From Candidatus Rokuibacteriota bacterium (GTDB lineage: Bacteria; JAUVQV01; DATDCY01), in contig JANOHV010000151.1 of assembly GCA_031406795.1 (NCBI GenBank), forward strand, positions 6,232-70,231: a DNA stretch of 64,000 nucleotides, written 5' to 3'. A program made the translations under genes and the position numbers. Shown piece after piece: positions 17,140-27,731 of the stretch (position 1 is its first letter; each line of letters starts with the position of its first letter). The notes beneath the pieces are model-generated. The model was given only the letters and a program-made list of their open reading frames with translations, was not told the DNA's origin and searched no databases.

Positions 17140-20100
17140 CTAAACGCCCTGTCGGCACCACTCCCGTGCATTCTGGAAGATCTTCAACCAGGGTGAGGCG
17201 GTGAGCGTGCGACGCAGATGCTCGGGCAGCCAATGGGCCTGCCAGGGGAGGAAGCAGCGCTCGGGGTGGGGCATCATCGCAAGATGGCGGCCATCCGGGG
17301 TCGTGATGGCGGTGATCCCGCCGGGGGAGCCGTTCGGGTTGAAGGGGTACTGCTCGGTCGGCCGGCCGGCGTCGTCCACGAAGGCCACCGCTGCCAGCCC
17401 GTCGTCGAGCACTCTGGCGCGGATCGCGGCATCCGGGAAGATCAGCCTCCCCTCCCCGTGCGCCACTGGAATCCCGAAGACGAGCCCCTCCATGCCGCGC
17501 AGCAGCACCGAGCGGCTCGGGAGGACTCTGACCGTCGACCAGCGCGACTCGAAGCGTCCCGATGTGTTGTGCACGAAGCGCGGCTGCACCTCGGGGGCGA
17601 TCCCCCGCCATGGAACCCAGCCGATCAGTCCGAAGAGCTGGCACCCGTTGCAGATCCCGAGGCTGAAGGTGTCCTCCCGTCCGTAGAAGGCGTCAAACAT
17701 CGCCGCCAGCCGCTCGTTGAAGCGGATCGTCGCGGCCCAGCCCTTGGCGCTCTCGGGAACGTCCGCATACGAGAAGCCGCCCACCGCGGCGAGCCCCCGG
17801 AAGCCCTCGAGGCTCACCCGGCCGGAGAGCAGGTCGGTCATGGTCACGTCCCAGGGCTCGAACCCGGCGGCGAAAAAGGCGCCCGCCATCTCGCGGTCGG
17901 AGTTGCTCCCCTCTTCGCGAAGAACGGCGACTTTCGGCTTGCCGGTGGACGCGAGCACCGCCGGCGCGGTCGGCTGCGGGGTGAACGGAAGATGGTAGTT
18001 CGGCCCGGGCCGGTCATGGATGGCCCCGCGCTCGGCCTCGGCGCACGCGGGATTCATCTGGAGACACTCGAGCCGGTAGCTCGTCTCCTCCCAGATGGCG
18101 CGCAACGTGCGCATGTTTTCGGCGAGCAGCGCGGCGCCATTGAGGTGGAAGGCGACGGTCTGCTCCTTGTGGGTCCACCCAAGCAGGACGCAGGGCACCT
18201 GCTGCGCGGCGAGCGCCTGGTTGACCTCCTCGACGTCCGCGTGCCGGCACTCGATGACCAGCCCGAGCTCCTCGGCGAACAGGGCGGCGATCGGGTCGTC
18301 GAGGGCTGAGGAACGCCGTGAGCTCTGCCCCCTGTTCGTGTTCACCGACACCTCGGCCAGCGGGTGTTCGTGCCCTTCGAGCGCCACGGAGAAGCCGCAA
18401 TTGCCCGAGAAGGCCATCTCCAGCAACGTCGTGACCACCCCGCCGTCGCTGACGTCGTGGCCGGCAAGCACCAGATCCCGCCCGATCAGCCCCTGCACCA
18501 CCCCGAACGCCCGCCGCACCAGCGCCGGGTCGTCCATGTCGGGCGGCTCGTTCCCGAGCTGCCCGAAGACCTGCGCCAGCGCCGAGCCCCCCAGCCGCCG
18601 CCGCCCCGGGGCGAGATCGACGAGCAGCAACACGCTCTCGCCCGGCGCCTTCAGGTCCGGCGTCACGGCCTTCGTGATGTCCGCCATCGTCGCATAGGCG
18701 GAAATCACCAGCTGCCGGGGGGACTTCACGGTCGTCGGCCCCACCTTGGTGGCCATCGAAAGACTGTCCTTGCCGCCGTCGATCGCGATCCCGAGGGCCA
18801 CCATCGCACCGCGCAGCGCCAGAGCCGCATCGACCATGGCCGCCCCCTCGCCGGCGAGCTTCGGCGCCCACATCCAGTTGCCCGAGCACTTGACGCTCTC
18901 GATACCGTCGATCTTTGCGAAGACCAGGTTCGTCAGCGCCTCGCCGACGGCCATCCGCGCCCCCGCCGCCGGGGAGACGAGCAACTTGATCGGCTGCTCC
19001 CCGATCGCGGTGGCGGCGCCGCTGAGCCCGAAGTGGCTCTGCGCGATCACCGCGACGTCCGCGACCGTGGCCTGCAGTGGCCCGCAACACTGCTGGCGCG
19101 CGATCAGCCCCGTCACGCTGCGGTCGACCTTGTTCGTCAAGAAGCGCTTGGAGCCCACCGCGAGCAGCCGCAGCACCCGCTCGAGCGCGGCGCGCACCGT
19201 GAGGTTCGCGGGCAGCGCCAGCGGCTCGAGCTTCAGGTCGATCCGCCGGTCCTCGAAAGTCTTCTGCGGGATGTTGCCGAGTACCTCGGCCAGGTCCAAG
19301 TCCTCCGGCGTGCTGCCGTCGCGGGAGTCCTCCACCACGAAGCGCTGATCGCCGGTGACCTCGCCGAGGTTCTCGCAGCCAACCTTCTCACGCTCGCAGA
19401 TCGCCTCGAAGCGCGGCAGGTTCGCCGCGCGCACCAGCAGGCCGTTGCGCTCCTGGTACTCGGCCACCCAGATTTCCAGCACGCTCATCGTCGGGTCGCC
19501 CACCCGGATGCGCCTGACGTCGACGCGTCCCCCGGTCTTCTCGACCAGCTCCTTCAGCACGTTGCCCGGCCCCCCCGCGCCCTGGTCGTGGATGACCTCG
19601 ATCAGGCTCGCCGCGCCCATCTCGTTGCAGGCGCGGATCACGCGGTTCATCTTCTGCTCCATCTCGGCGTCGCCGCGCTGCACCGCGTTGAAGTCCAGTT
19701 CGGCGACGTTCTGCCCCTGGAGCATTGAGGACGCCGCCCCGCCGCCGAAGCCCACCCGGTAGGCGGGCCCGCCGATCTGCAGGATGCGCATCCCCTTTTC
19801 GGGCTCGGCTTTCGCAATGTGCCGCTCGTCGATCTGACCGATGCCGCCGGCGAACATGATCGGCTTCAGATACGCCCAGCGCTCACCCGAGGGCAGCACC
19901 AGATCGAAGCTGCGCGTGAACCCCTGGATCAGCGGCTCGCCGAACTTGTTGCCGTAATCCGAGGCGCCGTTGGACGCTTCGATCTCGATCGCCAGCGCCC
20001 GTGCCAGATTGCCCGGGTACTCGAGACCCGGCGTCTCCCAGGGCTGCTCGTAGCCGGGGATGTGCAGATTCGCGACACAGTAAGCGGCGGTCCCCGCGAC

Positions 20101-21024
20101 GACGAAGCCGCCGCGGCCCGTGCCCTGCACGTCGCGGATGCGCCCCCCGGTGCCGGTCTCGGCGCCGGGGAAGGGAGCGACGCCGGTCGGGAAGTTGTGC
20201 GTCTCCGCGGTGAAGATCACATGATAGCGTGCCCGCAGCTCCCGCAGCGGCGAGGGCTGGCCCGGCTCGGCCGGCGCCAGCGTCTGGATGTCGCGGCCCG
20301 CGATGCCGCTCGAGTTGTCCTTGAAGGCGATGACGCTGTTGCCCGGATTCGCAGTGAGCGTCGACTTGACGATTTCCATCAACGTCTCGGGAATCGGCAC
20401 CCCGTCGATCACCTGCCGGCCGCGGAAATACCCGTGCCGCGAGTGCTCGGAGTTCGCGTTGTTCAGGTCCATGATCTCGACGATCGTCGGGTTGCGGCCG
20501 TGCTTGTTCACGAAGTAGTCGTGGTAGAAGGCGCGATCCCGCGCGTCCATCGAAATGCCGGGGATCTTCGCGAGCGCGTCTGGCCCCTGCTCCCTGAGCG
20601 GGATCGCGTACACCGCCTCGGGGACGATGCCCGTCTCGAAGGTGCGCAGCGGCTCGGGGTAGACGCACTCGGTCATCCGGTCGTGCCGCGCGGCGGCAAA
20701 AGCCCGCGGGTCTTCGCCGGCCGGGACACGCAGGCGGCGCGAGCGCTCGACGCGGGTCGCCTGCGGGATGCCGACCGCCCGACAGATCGAGACGAGATTC
20801 GACGACCAGGCGGTGGCGAAGTTCAGCCGCGGGCCGACCTCCACGACGTTGTCGCCGGCGAGGTGCGGCGTATCGGCCACCGAGGCCGAAACAAAGCCGT
20901 CGCCGAGGAGTTGGCGGAGTTTTTCGAGGTCGGCAGGAGCCAGCGGGACGCTCGAAGCAATGTTGAAGCAATACTCGAATTCATCGCTCACCCGGAGGTA
21001 GAGCTGCCGGATCGTGTCAGTCAT
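17140..21024 (-). CDS. purL: Phosphoribosylformylglycinamidine synthase (large fused form)
   Basis: NSEHSRH, ETHNFPT, HDQGAGG, GGKDSLSM, HDVSDGG, GICNGCQ, MMPHPER. Confidence 0.96.
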   Translation of the reverse strand: MTDTIRQLYLRVSDEFEYCFNIASSVPLAPADLEKLRQLLGDGFVSASVADTPHLAGDNVVEVGPRLNFATAWSSNLVSICRAVGIPQATRVERSRRLRVPAGEDPRAFAAARHDRMTECVYPEPLRTFETGIVPEAVYAIPLREQGPDALAKIPGISMDARDRAFYHDYFVNKHGRNPTIVEIMDLNNANSEHSRHGYFRGRQVIDGVPIPETLMEIVKSTLTANPGNSVIAFKDNSSGIAGRDIQTLAPAEPGQPSPLRELRARYHVIFTAETHNFPTGVAPFPGAETGTGGRIRDVQGTGRGGFVVAGTAAYCVANLHIPGYEQPWETPGLEYPGNLARALAIEIEASNGASDYGNKFGEPLIQGFTRSFDLVLPSGERWAYLKPIMFAGGIGQIDERHIAKAEPEKGMRILQIGGPAYRVGFGGGAASSMLQGQNVAELDFNAVQRGDAEMEQKMNRVIRACNEMGAASLIEVIHDQGAGGPGNVLKELVEKTGGRVDVRRIRVGDPTMSVLEIWVAEYQERNGLLVRAANLPRFEAICEREKVGCENLGEVTGDQRFVVEDSRDGSTPEDLDLAEVLGNIPQKTFEDRRIDLKLEPLALPANLTVRAALERVLRLLAVGSKRFLTNKVDRSVTGLIARQQCCGPLQATVADVAVIAQSHFGLSGAATAIGEQPIKLLVSPAAGARMAVGEALTNLVFAKIDGIESVKCSGNWMWAPKLAGEGAAMVDAALALRGAMVALGIAIDGGKDSLSMATKVGPTTVKSPRQLVISAYATMADITKAVTPDLKAPGESVLLLVDLAPGRRRLGGSALAQVFGQLGNEPPDMDDPALVRRAFGVVQGLIGRDLVLAGHDVSDGGVVTTLLEMAFSGNCGFSVALEGHEHPLAEVSVNTNRGQSSRRSSALDDPIAALFAEELGLVIECRHADVEEVNQALAAQQVPCVLLGWTHKEQTVAFHLNGAALLAENMRTLRAIWEETSYRLECLQMNPACAEAERGAIHDRPGPNYHLPFTPQPTAPAVLASTGKPKVAVLREEGSNSDREMAGAFFAAGFEPWDVTMTDLLSGRVSLEGFRGLAAVGGFSYADVPESAKGWAATIRFNERLAAMFDAFYGREDTFSLGICNGCQLFGLIGWVPWRGIAPEVQPRFVHNTSGRFESRWSTVRVLPSRSVLLRGMEGLVFGIPVAHGEGRLIFPDAAIRARVLDDGLAAVAFVDDAGRPTEQYPFNPNGSPGGITAITTPDGRHLAMMPHPERCFLPWQAHWLPEHLRRTLTASPWLKIFQNAREWCRQGV

Positions 21025-21217
21025 GGCCACCGTACCCTTGTTGCTGTTTTGTTTGACCTCGCTCTACAAGTTTACACGAAGCGGCGGTCGGAGACACGGT
21101 GCTCCCCGGCGTGGGGCGGGCCGGGCCACGGGTCGGACTCGCGAAGGCGCCCGGGGCGCGTCACCGCAGGCAGAAAATAAGCTACTATTCCGGCAACCCT
21201 CTCAGGAGAAAGCGCCA

Positions 21218-22360
21218 ATGTCAGAGAGCCCCTTGTTCGAACCGACCCTGCTCGGCCGGCAGTGCCTTCGCAACCGCATGGTAATGTCGCCGATGACGCG
21301 CAGCCGCAATGGGGAGGGGAACGTCCCCACCGCACTGATGGCCGAGTACTACGGCCAGCGCGCCGGAGCGGGGCTCATCGTCACCGAAGGCACGTCGCCT
21401 TCGCCCAACGGCGTCGGCTACCCCCGCATCCCCGGACTTTGGTCGCAGCAGCAGGTCGAAGGCTGGAAGCCGGTCACCGGCGCGGTCCACGCGAAGGGGG
21501 GCCGCATCTTCGTGCAGCTGATGCACACTGGCCGGGTCGGCCATCCGCTCAATCTGCCGCCGGGCGCCGAATTGCTCGCCCCCAGCGCGGTCGCCGCCGC
21601 AGGCCAGATGTTCACCGATGCGCGGGGGCTGCAGGATCACCCGGTGCCGCGCCCGATGACCGACGCCGAAGTGCGCAGCGCCGTCGAGGAGTACGCCAGG
21701 GCGGCACAATTCGCCATCGCGGCGGGGTTCGACGGCGTCGAACTGCACGGCGCGAACGGGTATCTTCTCGAGCAATTCCTGAGCCCCCAGACCAACCTGC
21801 GCACCGACGCCTGGGGTGGGTCGGTCGAAAAGCGGCTCACTTTCATGCTGGAGGTGACGCAGGCAGTGGCCGCGGCAATCGGTGGGGAGCGCGTCGGCAT
21901 CCGCCTGTCGCCGTACGGAGTGAACGCCGATATGAGGGCTTATCCCGAGATCGAGGAGACGTACACGAAGCTCGCGCCCCAGCTCGCTGCCACCGGGATC
22001 GAGTACCTTCACCTGCTCGATCACTCGGCGATGGGAGCACCCAAGGTCCCGGACGAACTCAAGCGGGCGCTGCGCACGGCGTGGCCGCGCACATTCATCC
22101 TCGCCGGCGGCTTCGACCGTGCCAGCGCCGAGGCCGCGCTTCGGGAAGGACGCGGCGACCTCATCGCCTTCGGCCGGCCGTTTCTGGCCAACCCGGACCT
22201 CGTCGTGCGGCTGCAGTGCGGCTTGGCGCTCAACGCCCCCGACTACGCGACCTTCTACACCCCGGGCCCGAAAGGGTACACCGACTACGCCACAGCGCCG
22301 GGTGCCGCAGGCGCCGATGGCGGATGCGAACCGGCTGAGAGAGGCGCCGAAGGTGGGTGA
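21218..22360 (+). CDS. Old yellow enzyme / NemA-like alkene reductase
   Basis: MSPMTRSR, QLMHTGRVGH, ELHGANGYL, GRPFLANPDL, KGYTDY. Confidence 0.92.
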   Translation: MSESPLFEPTLLGRQCLRNRMVMSPMTRSRNGEGNVPTALMAEYYGQRAGAGLIVTEGTSPSPNGVGYPRIPGLWSQQQVEGWKPVTGAVHAKGGRIFVQLMHTGRVGHPLNLPPGAELLAPSAVAAAGQMFTDARGLQDHPVPRPMTDAEVRSAVEEYARAAQFAIAAGFDGVELHGANGYLLEQFLSPQTNLRTDAWGGSVEKRLTFMLEVTQAVAAAIGGERVGIRLSPYGVNADMRAYPEIEETYTKLAPQLAATGIEYLHLLDHSAMGAPKVPDELKRALRTAWPRTFILAGGFDRASAEAALREGRGDLIAFGRPFLANPDLVVRLQCGLALNAPDYATFYTPGPKGYTDYATAPGAAGADGGCEPAERGAEGG

Positions 22361-22391
22361 CAGTTTCCATCGGCGGATGTATTATTCGATC

Positions 22392-23228
22392 ATGTGTAAG
22401 ACTCTGGCCTTCCTCGTGCTGACGGCGAACCTGCTCGCGGCGGGGCCGGCCACTGCCGCCGCGCCGGCGGCGCTCCCGCCGGGCGAGGCCGGTGCGAAGG
22501 CGGCACTCGAAACCTCGCCCCGCCACCACGAATGGGTGGAGTTGCCGGCCTCTGGCGACGCGGGAAGACTCAGTCTTTTCGTCGCCTACCCGGAGCGCAA
22601 GGACAAGGCGCCCGTGGTGCTGGTGATCCAGGAGATCTACGGGCTGACGGACTGGCTTCGGGCTGTCGCCGACCGGCTCGCCGCCGACGGCTTCATCGCG
22701 ATCGCCCCGGACATGCTCACCGGCCGCGGTCCGGGAGGCGGGGGTACGGCCACATTCGCCAGCCGCGACGACGCGGTCAAGGCCGTGCGCGAACTTGCCC
22801 CGGCCTACGTGACTGCGGCCCTCGACGCGGCGTCCCGCTACGGGCGCTCCCTGCCGGCGGCCTCGGGAAAGCTCGCAACGATCGGTTTCTGCTGGGGCGG
22901 CGCGCAGAGTTTCTTCCATGCGACGGTGCGGCCGGAACTGAATGCCGCCGTGGTCTATTACGGCAGCTCGCCGGATCTGGCCGCCCTTGCGGCGATTCGC
23001 GCTCCGGTGCTCGGACTCTACGGCGAGGACGACGCGCGGGTCAACGCAACGGTCGGGCCGGCCGAGGCAAAGATGAAGGAGCTGGGCAAGACTTACCTCA
23101 CCGCCACCTATCCGGGGGCGGGGCACGGGTTCCTGCGTGCGCAGGACGGCCGCGAGGGGGCGAACCTGGCCGCGGCGCTCAAAGCCTGGCCCGCAACCGT
23201 CGAGTTCCTGAAGAAGCACCTCGAGTAG
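22392..23228 (+). CDS. Exported dienelactone hydrolase family protein
   Basis: Signal peptide; EIYGL, nucleophile elbow GFCWGG, AGHGF. Confidence 0.88.
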   Translation: MCKTLAFLVLTANLLAAGPATAAAPAALPPGEAGAKAALETSPRHHEWVELPASGDAGRLSLFVAYPERKDKAPVVLVIQEIYGLTDWLRAVADRLAADGFIAIAPDMLTGRGPGGGGTATFASRDDAVKAVRELAPAYVTAALDAASRYGRSLPAASGKLATIGFCWGGAQSFFHATVRPELNAAVVYYGSSPDLAALAAIRAPVLGLYGEDDARVNATVGPAEAKMKELGKTYLTATYPGAGHGFLRAQDGREGANLAAALKAWPATVEFLKKHLE

Positions 23229-23286
23229 CCGCCCCGCGGCATTCTCACGATCTTCGCCGGGTTTCCGCACATCATGCGCGCCTGTC

Positions 23287-24855
23287 TCAGGTTTGCTTTT
23301 GTCGCACGCGGACACTCGGGAACAGCGACCGGTCGGTGTGCGGCAGGAAGCGCGCCGCCATGAAGCCGTTCATGAACTCGCGACTCTCATTCATTTCCAC
23401 ATAGGTCATCCGTCGCCCGATCTCCTCGATCCGCACCAGAGCCTCGGCCGACAGCAGCACCCGTTTCGCCCCCTCGAGCGAGGAGTTACCGAGCAGCTGG
23501 TATTTTTCCAGCGGTAAGTCGGGCACCATGCCGATCGTCACGGCCTTGTCGGCGGCGACGTACGCGCCGAACGCACCGGCAATGAAGAACCGCTCCAGCT
23601 CCTCGAACGCGACCCCTGCGGCTTCGGTCATCACGCTGAGCATCGTGTACATCGCCGCCTTGCTCAACATCAGGTTGTCCATGTCGGCTTGAGTGAAATG
23701 AATCTCCTCGCCGCCGGCGGTGTCGGCGGCCTCGGCGATGACGAAGCGGGTGCCGCCCTCGCGCACCACAACCCGGGGGCTCGGCGAGGGGAGCACGAAC
23801 TTGCCTCGCTCGTCGAGGACCCCGGCCGTGAAGAGTTCGGCCATCAGATCGATCAGCCCGGAGCCGCAGACGCCGCGGGGCGCGCCGCCGCCGATGACGG
23901 CAAACGTCGGCAGCATGGTCAGCGGATCGATCGCGATCCGCTCGATGGCGCCGGGGACCGCGCGCATGCCGTGGCGCACGACGCCCCCCTCGAGCCCCGG
24001 TCCGGCCGAGCCGGCGCCGACGAGCAGGAACTCGCGGTTGCCGACGACGATTTCGGCGTTCGTGCCGATGTCCACCAGCAGCGACACCCGCTCGCGCGTG
24101 TGCATGCCGGAGACGAGCACCCCGGCGAGCGCGTCGCCGCCGACGTAACTGCCGACGTTGGGCAGCACGATGACGGGCGCGGCGGGATTCACGGCGAGCC
24201 CCAGCTCCGCGGCGCGCACGACCGGGAAGTGATTCGCGACCGGGACGTAGGGCGCCCGGCAGAGATGGAAGGGGTCGAGACCCAGCAGAAAGTGCGCCAT
24301 CGTGGTGTTGCCGGCAACGCACACGCAGCAGATGTCCTCGACCGCGCCGCCCGCCGCGGGCGCGAGTTGCGAAGCGATGTCGCCGATAGCGGCAATCGCG
24401 AGCGCCTGAAGACGCTCAAGGCTGCCCGGGTGCAGACACAGGTGCGTGCGGGCGAGGATGTCCTCCCCGTGCTCCACCTGCGGGTTGAGCACGGAACACT
24501 CGCCGAGCGACTCGCCGGTGTCGAGGTCGAGTAGCGCACCGACGATGTTCGTCGAGCCCAGATCGACGGCGAAACCGAGGTTCCTCGACGGCGCGCTCGC
24601 CGGCTCGACGCGCAGCAGCGTCGGCACGGGGACGAGGGCAACCGTCGCGACCACGCAAAACTCGGCCGCGCGCAGACGCTGCGGCAGGCCGGCGACAACT
24701 CGCAGCGGCACCTGCACGCCGCTCAGTCCCCGCGCCGCCAGCCAGCCGAGGACCCGATCGAGGTCGGCGGCGTGGTCGGCGCCCGTCGGGTGCGGAAGCT
24801 CCAGGCGGATGCTCCTGACAACGGGGCCGTCGATCACCGGGGCAGCGCTCGGCAT
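23287..24855 (-). CDS. ASKHA-family ATP-dependent corrinoid reductive activase (RACo/DUF4445-like)
   Basis: DLGSTN, GNTTMAH, YVGGD, DIGTNAE, GVCGSG, IAGAFG, GNSSLEGA. Confidence 0.85.
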   Translation of the reverse strand: MPSAAPVIDGPVVRSIRLELPHPTGADHAADLDRVLGWLAARGLSGVQVPLRVVAGLPQRLRAAEFCVVATVALVPVPTLLRVEPASAPSRNLGFAVDLGSTNIVGALLDLDTGESLGECSVLNPQVEHGEDILARTHLCLHPGSLERLQALAIAAIGDIASQLAPAAGGAVEDICCVCVAGNTTMAHFLLGLDPFHLCRAPYVPVANHFPVVRAAELGLAVNPAAPVIVLPNVGSYVGGDALAGVLVSGMHTRERVSLLVDIGTNAEIVVGNREFLLVGAGSAGPGLEGGVVRHGMRAVPGAIERIAIDPLTMLPTFAVIGGGAPRGVCGSGLIDLMAELFTAGVLDERGKFVLPSPSPRVVVREGGTRFVIAEAADTAGGEEIHFTQADMDNLMLSKAAMYTMLSVMTEAAGVAFEELERFFIAGAFGAYVAADKAVTIGMVPDLPLEKYQLLGNSSLEGAKRVLLSAEALVRIEEIGRRMTYVEMNESREFMNGFMAARFLPHTDRSLFPSVRVRQKQT

Positions 24856-25685
24856 CAACACTCGGCGGTGGCGGAACCTGGCGCCACCTTCCCTCCCCAT
24901 CCCACGAGGTTCTCCCGGATGAACCCGACGACCTGCTGGTGCTCGGCCGCGCCGCTGCCCTGGACCCGCAGGGCCTCCCCGAATGCGAAATGCACCGCCT
25001 TGGCCGGGTCGATGCTCCCGAACTCCTTCAGGCAGGCGCCGTTGCCCCAGGCATCGGTCTTGAGCGCCAACGGGACGACCGGAACCTGCGCCCGCTTCGC
25101 CAGCTTGATGCCGATCGAGTTGAAGGCGGCCGGGTCGAACAGCGGCGAGCGCGTCCTCTGGGGGAAGACGACGATCGAAATCCCCGACTGCAGCCGTTCC
25201 CTGCCCCCCTCGAAGACCGCGTGCAAGTCCTCGCGCGGATTGGTGCGGCCGACCACGATCGGGGATCGCGAGCGCATGAGATGTCCGAAGATCGGGTACT
25301 CCACCAGTGATTTCTTGACGACGAAGGCGACGCGCTTGAGCGGCTGGATGATCGTCGGCAGCACGAAGGCCTCGAGCGTGCTCATGTGGTTCCCGATGAA
25401 GACGCAGGGCCCCGCGAGCCGGCTGAAGTGTTCGGTCCCGGTAATCTCGATCCGCACGCCGACATCCTCGAGCGCGCGCAGGACCTGCAGGCTGCTGCGG
25501 CTCCAGTCCTCGTCGCTGTAGCGCCCGCGGCGGGCGCGGTCCGACCCGCTGAACACGAATCCCGCGAAACGAGTGTAAAAACTCAGGCTCGGGAAGCTGC
25601 GCGCGAAGAAGGAGCCGGCTCCCGGCACGGTCCGATAGCAGCCGTCGACAAACCCTGGAGAAAGCGCCCCGGCCCGTTCGACCAT
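24855..25685 (-). CDS. Lysophospholipid acyltransferase (PlsC-like)
   Basis: NHMSTLE (HX4D/E) and VFPQRTRS. Confidence 0.82.
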   Translation of the reverse strand: MVERAGALSPGFVDGCYRTVPGAGSFFARSFPSLSFYTRFAGFVFSGSDRARRGRYSDEDWSRSSLQVLRALEDVGVRIEITGTEHFSRLAGPCVFIGNHMSTLEAFVLPTIIQPLKRVAFVVKKSLVEYPIFGHLMRSRSPIVVGRTNPREDLHAVFEGGRERLQSGISIVVFPQRTRSPLFDPAAFNSIGIKLAKRAQVPVVPLALKTDAWGNGACLKEFGSIDPAKAVHFAFGEALRVQGSGAAEHQQVVGFIRENLVGWGGKVAPGSATAEC

Positions 25686-25909
25686 CGTTGTCCCCTGCTC
25701 CAACCACCGTCCGCCGCGATCAGTTCCCGCCACTGCGCTGCGCCGAGATAGTAGCAGAGACACCTCTTTGCCGCGATCCGTCGGACGGAGCGCGTCCGTC
25801 TGCGGCGTGCTTTTGGGACCGAAGTTCCCCGCCAGACGACCGAGTACCGGGGGGTTCTGGTAGATTGGGTTGTGAATCGGTGGTCGTTCGATCGGGAAAC
25901 GGGGGCGCC

Positions 25910-26782
25910 ATGGAGTTCGTATCCTCAGTTGTCGACCTGGCCAGGAAGCGCCGTTCCTGCCGGAAGTACCTGGAGCGGCCGCTGACCGAGGATGCGTATC
26001 GCTCGCTCGAGACCGCCCTCGCTGCGGGCCGCGAAGGGCCCTTCGGCGGCCGTGCCCGCCTGGCGTTGGTCGCTGCGACCTCGGAGGACCGCGCCGCCCT
26101 CAAGGGGCTTGGCACCTACGGCTTCATCAGCGGTGCGGCCGGTTTCATCCTCGGCGCGATCGAACGCGGCCCCGGGGATCTCGAAGACTACGGCTTTCTG
26201 ATGGAACGTGCGATCCTGCGGGCGACCGATCTCGGGCTGGGCACCTGCTGGCTCGGCGGCACGTTCACGAAGAGCGGGTTCGCGAGGAAGATCGTGCTCG
26301 CCGAGAGCGAACTGATGCCGGCGGTCGCGGCGGTCGGGTACGCCGAGGAAGAGAGCTACGCACGGGACCGGATCCGCCGGATGGCGGGCGCGAACTTCCG
26401 GCGTCCGTTTGAGGAGCTGTTTTTCGACGCCACGTTCGGTGCGTCACTCTCCCTGCCCGATGCCGGAGCCTACGCGGCAGCGCTCGAGTTGGTCCGCTGG
26501 GCGCCGTCGGCCTCCAACAGGCAACCCTGGCGGGTTGTCCGAACCTCCTCCGGATGGCATTTCTATCTCGAACGGACCAGGGGCTACGGCAAGGGGACCA
26601 TGCTCTTCGCCGTCTTGCAGCTCGCCGATCTGCAGCGTGTGGACATGGGCATCGCGATGTGCCATTTCGAGCTGGCCGCCCGCGAGGCCGGGTTGCCCGG
26701 CGCCTGGGCGGTCGAGGACCCGGCGATCGGGCCGCCGCACCGCGGGGTGGAATACACGGCGACGTGGCGCCCGGCGCGATGA
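25910..26782 (+). CDS. Nitroreductase family protein (duplicated type)
   Basis: RRSCRKY, GLGTCWLGG, WAPSASNRQPW, DMGIAMCHF. Confidence 0.85.
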   Translation: MEFVSSVVDLARKRRSCRKYLERPLTEDAYRSLETALAAGREGPFGGRARLALVAATSEDRAALKGLGTYGFISGAAGFILGAIERGPGDLEDYGFLMERAILRATDLGLGTCWLGGTFTKSGFARKIVLAESELMPAVAAVGYAEEESYARDRIRRMAGANFRRPFEELFFDATFGASLSLPDAGAYAAALELVRWAPSASNRQPWRVVRTSSGWHFYLERTRGYGKGTMLFAVLQLADLQRVDMGIAMCHFELAAREAGLPGAWAVEDPAIGPPHRGVEYTATWRPAR

Positions 26783-26864
26783 CGGGGCACGCAATCGGTG
26801 CCCTTGTTGAGAATGCTCCGCGCGCGTGGCAGAATGGCTCCGGCAGGGTGAAGGAGGCGGGCGC

Positions 26865-27731
26865 ATGAAGAGAGCCATTGTGCTGCTAGCGGCGGGGCTC
26901 GTCTTGGTCGGCATCTCAACCTCGTTTGCAGCCGGGACGCTGCACTTCGTGATCATGTCGCCGGTCGATCCGCAGAAAGAGGGGCTCAAGTACGAAGCCC
27001 TGAGCACCTACCTCAGGAGTGCCAACCCGCTGCTCGGCGACATCAAGCTGCGTGTCGCGAAAAACTACCCCGAGGCGGTCCGTCTTTTCGCGCAGGGAGA
27101 TGTCGAGGGGATGTTCTCCGGGTCCTTCGTGGCCTCCGTTCTGATCGCCAAGGGGCTCGCGCGGCCGCTCGCGCGGCCCCTGTTTGCCGGGAATGCCTCG
27201 ACCTACCGGACCACCATCGTCGCGAAGAAGGGCGTCGCTCCCTTCGGCGGCATCGCGGACTTCAAAGGCAAACGGGTCGCCTTCTGCCTGCTGGCCTCCG
27301 CGGGCGAAGTGTTCGCCCGCAGTCTGCTCCTCCCTGGCGAGGTTCTCGAGAGCGTCCTCGTCCCGGTCCCGGTCGATTCACACCAGGACGCCCTCGAGGC
27401 CGTGCAGGGCGGCGCCGCGGACTACGCGGTGGTCAAGAGCACGGTCTTCGTTCCCGAGGAGTTCCCGGGGCTGATCGTGGTCGGATCCGATTCCGGAGAG
27501 CACCCCGACAACACGCTCATCATGCCGGCCGAGGCCTTCGAGAAGTACGGCACAATGATCTCCCGGGTGCTCATCGGGCTCGAGGGAGACACGAGCGAGA
27601 AGGCCGAAGCGCTGAAGCAGGCCTTCGGCTGCCGGGGGTTCATCGCGACGGCCGGGATCGACTTTGCGCCCACCTTCACCCTTCTCCGGAAAGCCCGCGT
27701 CGACCCGAAGACGTTCGATTTCGTCTTCTGA
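26865..27731 (+). CDS. PhnD-like periplasmic substrate-binding protein
   Basis: Signal peptide; YRTTIVAKK, DFKGKRVAF, SHQDALEAV..GAAD; AAGGAGG RBS. Confidence 0.75.
   Translation: MKRAIVLLAAGLVLVGISTSFAAGTLHFVIMSPVDPQKEGLKYEALSTYLRSANPLLGDIKLRVAKNYPEAVRLFAQGDVEGMFSGSFVASVLIAKGLARPLARPLFAGNASTYRTTIVAKKGVAPFGGIADFKGKRVAFCLLASAGEVFARSLLLPGEVLESVLVPVPVDSHQDALEAVQGGAADYAVVKSTVFVPEEFPGLIVVGSDSGEHPDNTLIMPAEAFEKYGTMISRVLIGLEGDTSEKAEALKQAFGCRGFIATAGIDFAPTFTLLRKARVDPKTFDFVF

Noticed and set aside
23287-25707. 806-aa ORF as a PlsC-RACo fusion
   Set aside because: plsC is in another frame; the upstream part is a shadow extension and the start is 24855
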